Shown here in pieces: positions 57,175 to 64,000 of a stretch of 64,000 bases of DNA. The notes beneath the pieces were generated by a model, which worked only from the letters and a program-made list of their open reading frames with translations, ran no database searches and was not told the DNA's origin. Every line of letters starts with the position of its first letter. Positions within the stretch are counted from its first letter, which is position 1. The stretch comes from SAR116 cluster bacterium AG-390-L20 (lineage in GTDB: Bacteria; Pseudomonadota; Alphaproteobacteria; Puniceispirillales; Marisalimonadaceae). The position numbers were made by a program, and so were the translations under genes. The stretch spans positions 43,977 through 107,976 of the forward strand of contig QCHB01000005.1 in NCBI GenBank assembly GCA_003278095.1, given 5' to 3'.

Positions 57175-58077
57175 TTGAAAAATTTACCTATTATTGACGC
57201 TCATCACCATTTTTGGGACTTAAGCCTTAAAAAAAATCCTTGGTTAGATAAAAATAACCAAATACCTTTTAGATATGGTGATTACAGCTCAATTTGTAAA
57301 AACTTTTTGCTAGCTGACTATAAAAAAGTAAGTAAAAATCACAACATAGTTAAAACTATTCATATGGAAACTGAGTGGGACCCCAAAGATCCTGTCGGAG
57401 AAACAAAGTGGCTTCAAGAATTATTCGATATATCAGGCTTTCCAAATGCTTTAGTTGGACAAGCTTGGTTTGATAGAGAAGATATTGAATTAGTTTTAAA
57501 AGGTCATACACAGTTTCCTTTGATTAGAAGTATAAGGCATAAACCAAAGTCTTCACTATCTCCAAATATTAAAACATTGAATTCAAAAGGAACTCTTAAT
57601 GATCCATTTTTCAGAAAGGGATATTCTTTGCTTAAAAAATACAAACTTCATTTTGATCTTCAAACACCTTGGTGGCATTTAGACGAGGCTACAAAATTAG
57701 CAAAAGATTTTCCAGATACAATTATTATTTTGAATCACACTGGTCTTCCTGCTGACAGATCGAAGGAAGGCCTAGGTAATTGGAAAGCTAACTTAGAGAA
57801 TTTTGCTGAACAACCTAATACTGCAATTAAAATATCTGGCATTTGTGTTCCTGGTAAACAATGGACAGTCAAACTCAATAAAAGTATTATTCTAGATGCT
57901 ATTAATATTTTTGGATATCAAAGATGTATGTTTGCATCTAATTTTCCAGTGGATGGGGTTTTAGCATGCTTTGACGACATATATTATGGTTTTAAGGAAA
58001 TAACTTCCGAGATGAGTGATGATAAAATTAAATGTTTATTTCATGATAATGCCATAAAATATTATAATCCATTGTGA
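57175..58077 (+). CDS. amidohydrolase-2 family protein
   Basis: IIDAHHHFWD N-terminus, ILNHTG, FASNFPVD; TTG start. Confidence 0.75.
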   Translation: MKNLPIIDAHHHFWDLSLKKNPWLDKNNQIPFRYGDYSSICKNFLLADYKKVSKNHNIVKTIHMETEWDPKDPVGETKWLQELFDISGFPNALVGQAWFDREDIELVLKGHTQFPLIRSIRHKPKSSLSPNIKTLNSKGTLNDPFFRKGYSLLKKYKLHFDLQTPWWHLDEATKLAKDFPDTIIILNHTGLPADRSKEGLGNWKANLENFAEQPNTAIKISGICVPGKQWTVKLNKSIILDAINIFGYQRCMFASNFPVDGVLACFDDIYYGFKEITSEMSDDKIKCLFHDNAIKYYNPL

Positions 58078-58093
58078 AATATTTTAATAGAAG

Positions 58094-58882
58094 TTAAGCA
58101 CCTTTAAAATTGGCTTGTCTTTTTTCCATAAATGCTCTCCTTCCTTCTTTATAATCTTCACTGTCAAAACATGCGGACGCAAGTTTCTCACATATTGCAA
58201 GGTCTCTTTCATCTGGATTTTTTAATATTTCCACCCCAATTTTTTTCATAGCTTTGATAGTTAAGGGAGCATTTTTAGATATAGTAAGAGCATAATCTTT
58301 TACAAAAGTTTCTATGTCATCTTCACTAATTAATTTTTGAATTAACCCACATGTCAAGGCCTCTTTTGCAGAAATTTTATCTGCTGTAAACATGAAATGT
58401 TTAGCCATTCCTGGTCCCAAAACATCAAATAATCTTTTTATTGAAGAAAAAGGGTAACCCAAAGATAATTTTGCTGCTGGCATTGCAAATTTAGATTTTT
58501 CAGAACATATCCTTATATCACAACATACAGCCAAATTCAGACCACCACCTATGCAATACCCATCAATCATTGCAATAGTTGGTTTTGGAAATGTTTCAAG
58601 GTTCTCATACACTTTTTGTGTTCTTTTATTATAACTTAAAACAGCTTCCTTAGAACTTCTCTCTTTGTCAAATTTAGAAATATCTGCTCCAGAAACAAAT
58701 GACTTTCCACCTGCCCCGTTTAACACTATCACTCTTACAGTATTATCACTTCTAAAATTATCAAGTATTCTCTCTAAAGCATCCCACATTTCAATTGAGA
58801 CAGCATTATGTTTTTCTGGATTATTAAACGTAATATAACCAACACCATTTTCAATTCTTGATAACATTTTATTAGTTGTCAT
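58094..58882 (-). CDS. enoyl-CoA hydratase/isomerase (crotonase) family
   Basis: ITFNNPEKHNA, FVSGADI, IDGYCIGGGLNLAVCCD. Confidence 0.85.
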   Translation of the reverse strand: MTTNKMLSRIENGVGYITFNNPEKHNAVSIEMWDALERILDNFRSDNTVRVIVLNGAGGKSFVSGADISKFDKERSSKEAVLSYNKRTQKVYENLETFPKPTIAMIDGYCIGGGLNLAVCCDIRICSEKSKFAMPAAKLSLGYPFSSIKRLFDVLGPGMAKHFMFTADKISAKEALTCGLIQKLISEDDIETFVKDYALTISKNAPLTIKAMKKIGVEILKNPDERDLAICEKLASACFDSEDYKEGRRAFMEKRQANFKGA

Positions 58883-58898
58883 AATTACCCCACTTATT

Positions 58899-60092
58899 TC
58901 AAATAATATTTTTTGATTTTAACTCATCAAGTTCTTCACTGCTATAACCTAAATCTAACAAAACATCTTCATTATGCTCACCTTTTTCAGGAGGCCTTTG
59001 TTTCATTATGCTAGGAGAACGAGATAGGTTAAAAGGTTGGCCTACTAGTTCAGTCTGTCCAAATGGAATAGTATCAATGGATTGGGCAATACCCAAATGC
59101 TTAACCTGTGGATCGTCAAATACTTTATCTATAGAATTTATAGGACCACATGGTACCCCAACTTTTTCTAATTTCTCAACCCATTCATCTGAGGTTTTAG
59201 TGATAGTAACCTCCTCAATAAGCTTGTTTAAGTAATCTCTATTCATAAGACGTTCTTTGGCATTTTTAAATTCATCCATTTCAAGCCATTCTCCTTTATC
59301 TACAGCCTCTGCAAAACGTTTCCAAATTGTTTCACCTGCTACTGCTAGATTAATTGACCCATCAGATGTGTTAAAAACTCCCGTAGGTACACTGGTTGGA
59401 TGATTGTTACCAGCTTGGCCTGCAACATGATTTTCGCTTAACCAACGTGCAGCTTGAAAATCAAGCATAAAAATCTGTGCTTGTAATAAAGATGTATTTA
59501 CCCATTGACCTAACCCAGACTTTTCTCTCTCAAGAAGAGCAGTTTGTATTCCCATAGCACAAAACAACCCTGCTGTAAGATCTGCTACTGGGATGCCTAC
59601 TCTCATTGGGCCTTCTCCAGGAGCACCAGTTATACTCATCAATCCACCCATTCCCTGTGCAATTTGATCAAACCCTGGTCTTTTAGCATAAGGGCCATCT
59701 TGTCCAAAACCAGATATACTTGCTAAAATAATTTTTGGATTTCGTGACTTTAAGCTTTCATAGTCGACACCTAATCTTTCTTTAACGTCAGGACGAAAGT
59801 TTTCAACAACTACATCAGAGGTTTCAACAAGCTTCATCAAAATTTTAATCGCCTCTGGTTGTTTTAAGTTTAAAGTAATGCTTCGTTTATTACGATGTAA
59901 ATTTTGAAAATCTGAGGTGTGTCGAGATGCTCCAAGTGCACCATCGGGCTCAACACTTTCTGGAGCTTCTACTTTTATTACATCTGCTCCCCAGTCTGCC
60001 AACTGCCTCACAGCAGTCGGACCAGATCTTACTCTTGTTAGATCAATAACCCTAATATGTGATAAAGCATCTGAGGCAGGTAGATGAGCCAT
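58899..60092 (-). CDS. family III CoA-transferase (CaiB/BaiF-like)
   Basis: IRVIDLTRVRSGPTAVRQLADWGADVIKVE and VVENFRP. Confidence 0.85.
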   Translation of the reverse strand: MAHLPASDALSHIRVIDLTRVRSGPTAVRQLADWGADVIKVEAPESVEPDGALGASRHTSDFQNLHRNKRSITLNLKQPEAIKILMKLVETSDVVVENFRPDVKERLGVDYESLKSRNPKIILASISGFGQDGPYAKRPGFDQIAQGMGGLMSITGAPGEGPMRVGIPVADLTAGLFCAMGIQTALLEREKSGLGQWVNTSLLQAQIFMLDFQAARWLSENHVAGQAGNNHPTSVPTGVFNTSDGSINLAVAGETIWKRFAEAVDKGEWLEMDEFKNAKERLMNRDYLNKLIEEVTITKTSDEWVEKLEKVGVPCGPINSIDKVFDDPQVKHLGIAQSIDTIPFGQTELVGQPFNLSRSPSIMKQRPPEKGEHNEDVLLDLGYSSEELDELKSKNII

Positions 60093-60226
60093 AAATATTT
60101 TCCCCTTTTTTGTTTTTAAAAAACTTACGCAAATTATATCTCAAAGATATTGACTATATCAACAAATTGCTTGTTTAAAAGTCAAAAAAAAATTATTACT
60201 TTTTTCAAGTTTAATAAGAAAGAAAA

Positions 60227-61093
60227 ATGGCAGTGAAAAAATTTAATTTCAAAAAACATCATAAAGATTTGTCAAAAATAGAAAGCAAGTCTAAAAAACT
60301 CTTTATTAAATCAAGAGATTCAAATGTGTGTTGGAGAATATGGGGCAAGGGTAATCCTATAATCTTTTTACATGGTGGTTACGGAAGTTGGGCGCATTGG
60401 ATTAAGCAAGCACTTCCGTTTTCAAAAAATCATAAGGTACTCATTCCAGACATGCCTGGGTTCGGTGAATCTGATGATTTAAGTTTTCCACATAACCCCG
60501 AAAAAATCGCGTCTAATTTAGCTGATACACTTGAAGCATTAATTGCACCACACGATAATGCAATAATATGTGGGTTTTCTTTTGGAGGCCTCATATCAGG
60601 TCATTTGTCAAATGAATTAATCCAAAGAAAATTTATACCTACAAAGTTAATATTAATTGGTCCCGGTGGGTTAGGCGCCAAAAGAGGTGATATGAAGACA
60701 ATGATAACAAGACATTCTAAAATGTCTGAGGAAGAAATTTATAGTGCCCACCAAACAAATCTTGAAATTTTAATGATGCATAATTCTCAAAAAGTTGATG
60801 ATTTTTCAGTTCATATACAAAAGCAAAATACTGATGCCCATAGGATTAAAAGTCGCCCAATATCTGCAACAGATACCTTAACTAAGATTTTAGAAAAACA
60901 AGATGTACCACTTTATGTGATATGGGGAGAAAAAGATGCTAGCGTTGGGGCCTATCTTGAGGATAGGATGGCTATTTTAAGAAAAGTTAACAAAAATGTG
61001 CGCTTTCATGTGGAATACAATGTTGGTCATTGGATAATGTACGAAAACGAAAAAATATTTAATAAACTTTTAGAAGATATTATTCAAGATTAA
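60227..61093 (+). CDS. alpha/beta hydrolase
   Basis: LHGGYGS oxyanion region, nucleophile elbow GFSFGG, C-terminal GHW. Confidence 0.8.
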   Translation: MAVKKFNFKKHHKDLSKIESKSKKLFIKSRDSNVCWRIWGKGNPIIFLHGGYGSWAHWIKQALPFSKNHKVLIPDMPGFGESDDLSFPHNPEKIASNLADTLEALIAPHDNAIICGFSFGGLISGHLSNELIQRKFIPTKLILIGPGGLGAKRGDMKTMITRHSKMSEEEIYSAHQTNLEILMMHNSQKVDDFSVHIQKQNTDAHRIKSRPISATDTLTKILEKQDVPLYVIWGEKDASVGAYLEDRMAILRKVNKNVRFHVEYNVGHWIMYENEKIFNKLLEDIIQD

Positions 61094-61916
61094 AACCGTG
61101 ATTTTTTAACCATTTTTTAAAGTCTTTTCTTTCAACTACAGAAAGTTGCCTACTAATATTTTCTGACCAGGTTCCCTTTTTCGCTACTCCATAAATATCT
61201 ATATGTCTCTGATTGTTTCTTTCTATAGGAGCAACTTTAAATACTCGTTCATCATATTGATTAATTTTATCCATTAAATTTTTTTCATTATATGTATTAT
61301 AATGGATTACTATATCTTGAGGCAGCCTTATAGATACTGGTGACCTTTCATCTGGCCAACCTAGAGCAAGTCCAGCAATTGGAAAAACACCTTTAGGTAA
61401 TTTGCAAAGATTTTTTACTTCTTCAATTATATTTCTAATCATGCTTATTGGGCATATGCCTAAGCCAATTGACTCTGAAGCACTTATCATAGACTGCATT
61501 GATAGAGCCGCATCTATAACACCATTCATAAACGTATCTACATTATTATTTTTATGATTATATCCCTTATGATTTGTAATTTTAATATTTCTTCTAATGT
61601 CAGCAAGGAATAATAGAAAAACTGGTGCTGTAAGTGCCCATTTTGTATCACCAATCAATTTTGAAATTTCATTTTTTAAGGATTGATTTTGTATTACCAT
61701 AATTGAGTATTGCTGAAGATTCGACTTGGACGGGGCTGATTGTGCAGCTGTCAAAAGTAGCGTTAAAAGTTCTTTAGAAATATTTTTTTTTGAAAATTTT
61801 CTTACACTGGCTCTAGATATAATAGAATTTATTAGAGGTGTAACATCAATTTTGGAAAAATTTTGATCAGTTTTTTTTCTATACCTATTATAATATAAGT
61901 TTGATACATCAATCAT
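61080..61916 (-). CDS. nitroreductase family protein
   Basis: SRASVRKFSKK and APSKSNLQQYS motifs; 278 aa. Confidence 0.7.
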   Translation of the reverse strand: MIDVSNLYYNRYRKKTDQNFSKIDVTPLINSIISRASVRKFSKKNISKELLTLLLTAAQSAPSKSNLQQYSIMVIQNQSLKNEISKLIGDTKWALTAPVFLLFLADIRRNIKITNHKGYNHKNNNVDTFMNGVIDAALSMQSMISASESIGLGICPISMIRNIIEEVKNLCKLPKGVFPIAGLALGWPDERSPVSIRLPQDIVIHYNTYNEKNLMDKINQYDERVFKVAPIERNNQRHIDIYGVAKKGTWSENISRQLSVVERKDFKKWLKNHGFNLE

Positions 61917-61992
61917 TAACTATACTTTCATTAAAATTTTCTTTAAGTTTATGTTACAATGGTTACCAAAAATTTATTAGGATTTTTTTGAT

Positions 61993-62787
61993 ATGTTAGA
62001 TCTAAAAGATAAAATTGCCATTGTGTCAGGATGTGGATCAATTGGAGATGGTTTTGGCAATGGTAGGGCAATAGCAACTCTTTTAGCACGCCAGGGTGCA
62101 AAAGTTATTGGAACTGATATCAATGAGGAAGCAGGTAACAATACGTCCGATTTTATAAAAAAAGAAGGTAATGATTTTACTTTTTATAAGGTCAACATGA
62201 TTAATGAAACTAATGTAAAAGAATTTTTTAATAAAGTTGAAGCCCAAAATAAAAAAATTGATATTTTAGTTAATGTTGTTGGTCAATCTGAACCTGGAGG
62301 ACCAGTAGAGATTAATACAATCACATGGCAACAACAATTTATGTTAAATTTAAATACTGCCTATTTTTGTATTAAATGTGCAATTCCAATTATGGAGAAA
62401 AACTCAGGTGGTTCAATTGTTAATATTTCCTCAGTTGCAGCACTAAGGTATGTAGGTAAACCTCAAGTTGCTTATAGTGCCTCAAAAGCAGCACTTATAC
62501 AGATGACTAAAACCACTGCAGTAATTGAAGCGAAAAAGAATATTCGACTGAACTGCGTTGTTCCAGGTTTGATGCATACCCCTTTAGTAGACCGATTGGC
62601 ACAAAAATATGCAGGTGGTGATTATGAAGGATTTGTTAGAAAAAGGCATGATCAAGTTCCAATGGGAAGGATGGGTGAATCATGGGATGTTGCCAATGCC
62701 GTATTATTTCTATGTTCTGACGAAGCAAAGTATATTACTGGAACTGAGCTAATAGTTGATGGAGGGCTTGTTGCGTCGACACCCTAA
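61993..62787 (+). CDS. SDR family oxidoreductase
   Basis: VSGCGS.G.GFG..RAIA, NISS, YSASKAA. Confidence 0.85.
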   Translation: MLDLKDKIAIVSGCGSIGDGFGNGRAIATLLARQGAKVIGTDINEEAGNNTSDFIKKEGNDFTFYKVNMINETNVKEFFNKVEAQNKKIDILVNVVGQSEPGGPVEINTITWQQQFMLNLNTAYFCIKCAIPIMEKNSGGSIVNISSVAALRYVGKPQVAYSASKAALIQMTKTTAVIEAKKNIRLNCVVPGLMHTPLVDRLAQKYAGGDYEGFVRKRHDQVPMGRMGESWDVANAVLFLCSDEAKYITGTELIVDGGLVASTP

Positions 62788-62839
62788 GAGAGTCTCTAAA
62801 TATTAATTCTGTTTCAACAAAACTTCTACATTAGGTTTA

Positions 62840-63748
62840 ATGATGTATTTAAAAATTCAAAAACGTACCAGCCAACTTTTATCTAAAGGTAATGTGGCAG
62901 ACAAGCCTAGTCAGTATGTTGATATGATTTTATTTATACTTATAGTTTTAAACATTGCTGCTGTGTGTTTAGAATCAGTGAAACATATTGGAAATGAATA
63001 TAAAGTAGCTTTCAGCGCATTTGAGTTTTTTTCGGTTGTAATTTTCAGCATTGAATATTTATTAAGGGTCTGGTCTGCTCCTGCAAGAAATGACCTAGGT
63101 GACTCAACTAATTTTATAAAAAGAATAAAATATATATTTAGTTTTACAGGCTTGATAGATTTTTTAGCTATTATACCTTCTATTTTACCATACTTTTTTG
63201 GAGGCTTAGATCTTAGGTGGCTCAGGGTATTAAGATTATTAAGATTATTGAAAATATCTAATTATAGTTCAGCACTTGAGGATTTTTTTTCTGCAATTAA
63301 AGCAGATTGGAGATCTTTTAGTGCCGCGTTATATTTGATGGTAATAGCATTATTCCTATCAAGTGCATTGATGTATATTGCAGAACATGATAGCCAGCCA
63401 GAAAAATTTAGTTCAATTCCAGAAACAATGTGGTGGGGACTTATTACCTTAACAACTGTTGGTTATGGGGATGTATCACCAGTTACCCCGTTAGGAAAAA
63501 TAATTGGAGCTTTTACAGCAATAATGGGAGTTTGTACTGTAGCACTTTTAACTGGTATAGTTGCTTCTGCTTTTGCTAATCAAAGAGCTCAAAAAGCTGC
63601 AATTTTGGAAGCCGAAATAAATCAAGCATTAAGTGATGGTGTAATAAGTGACGATGAAGCTCAGAAAATTGAAAAGTTAAGAAAAGAACTTAATTTGTCA
63701 CCAGAGCATTCTAAATCACTTGTTGATATACTTTCAGAAAAAAAGTAA
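62840..63748 (+). CDS. voltage-sensor-containing potassium channel-like protein
   Basis: K+ selectivity filter TTVGYGD; S4-like arginine repeat LRWLRVLRLLRLLKI. Confidence 0.8.
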   Translation: MMYLKIQKRTSQLLSKGNVADKPSQYVDMILFILIVLNIAAVCLESVKHIGNEYKVAFSAFEFFSVVIFSIEYLLRVWSAPARNDLGDSTNFIKRIKYIFSFTGLIDFLAIIPSILPYFFGGLDLRWLRVLRLLRLLKISNYSSALEDFFSAIKADWRSFSAALYLMVIALFLSSALMYIAEHDSQPEKFSSIPETMWWGLITLTTVGYGDVSPVTPLGKIIGAFTAIMGVCTVALLTGIVASAFANQRAQKAAILEAEINQALSDGVISDDEAQKIEKLRKELNLSPEHSKSLVDILSEKK

Positions 63749-63757
63749 TTTTAATAT

Positions 63758-64000
63758 CTATAATCTTCTCGCATATTGAGGTGGAACATTTATAGAATGA
63801 TTTAAAATTTTTGCAGCATCCCAAACCCATCTTGGATTGGAAATAAATGCTCTTGCCATTGCAACCATATCAGCTTCCTTATTAATAATTATGTCATTAG
63901 CTTTTTTAGGATCTGAAATCAATCCCACTGCTCTTATGATCATATTAGTTTTATCTTTAATCATTTTAGCTAAGTGAACCTGGTAGTGAGGTCTAATTGG
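63758..64000 (-). CDS. NADH:flavin oxidoreductase (Old Yellow Enzyme family), C-terminal part, partial
   Basis: ADMVAMARAFISNPRW...PPQY resembles the OYE C-terminus; the frame appears open to the window end. Confidence 0.6.
   Translation of the reverse strand, partial: PIRPHYQVHLAKMIKDKTNMIIRAVGLISDPKKANDIIINKEADMVAMARAFISNPRWVWDAAKILNHSINVPPQYARRL

Overview
AT-rich (about 30% GC by eye) alphaproteobacterial-type chromosome segment. Gene order and streamlining resemble SAR11/Pelagibacterales-like marine bacteria. I ran no similarity search, so all family names come from motifs read in the translations. Layout: (1) 1-3994: polA (partial), an ABC ATPase, a GIY-YIG protein and a small alpha+beta protein. 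(2) about 4000-16100: accessory region ending at the 3' end of tRNA-Leu(GAG). Its left part holds orphan small ORFs, a tautomerase/hydratase pair and a TauE exporter. Its right 8 kb (8026-16100) is a cassette-like array of small ORFs, mostly on the minus strand, punctuated by two alternating families of non-coding repeats that I call type A and type B. (3) 16278-20611: lipB, ATP12, a HAD hydrolase, a pseudouridine synthase and hypotheticals. (4) 20676-51847, all minus strand: the full alpha/spc/S10/str/rpoBC/L10/L11 ribosomal supercluster (rplQ to rpsJ, tuf, fusA, rpsG, rpsL, rpoC, rpoB, rplL, rplJ, rplA, rplK, nusG, secE, tRNA-Trp, second tuf, tRNA-Tyr). (5) 52007-64000: rlmB-like methyltransferase, tRNA-Thr, then a mixed small-molecule catabolism and transport block. 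The most interesting signal is the island next to tRNA-Leu. It contains an exact 17-bp duplicate of the tRNA 3' end 1.2 kb away and a decayed third copy 6.4 kb away. It also carries tandem 12-bp-period direct repeats on both arms of the 1.2-kb segment, and five copies of a hairpin-forming repeat with compensatory base changes. One 'empty' B-A junction contrasts with cargo-filled B...A pairs. No integrase, transposase or other recombinase is present in the window. I read this as an integrase-less, att-flanked, cassette-accreting system that is integron-like or tycheposon/CIME-like in architecture but not canonical. This is inference and needs comparative or experimental testing.
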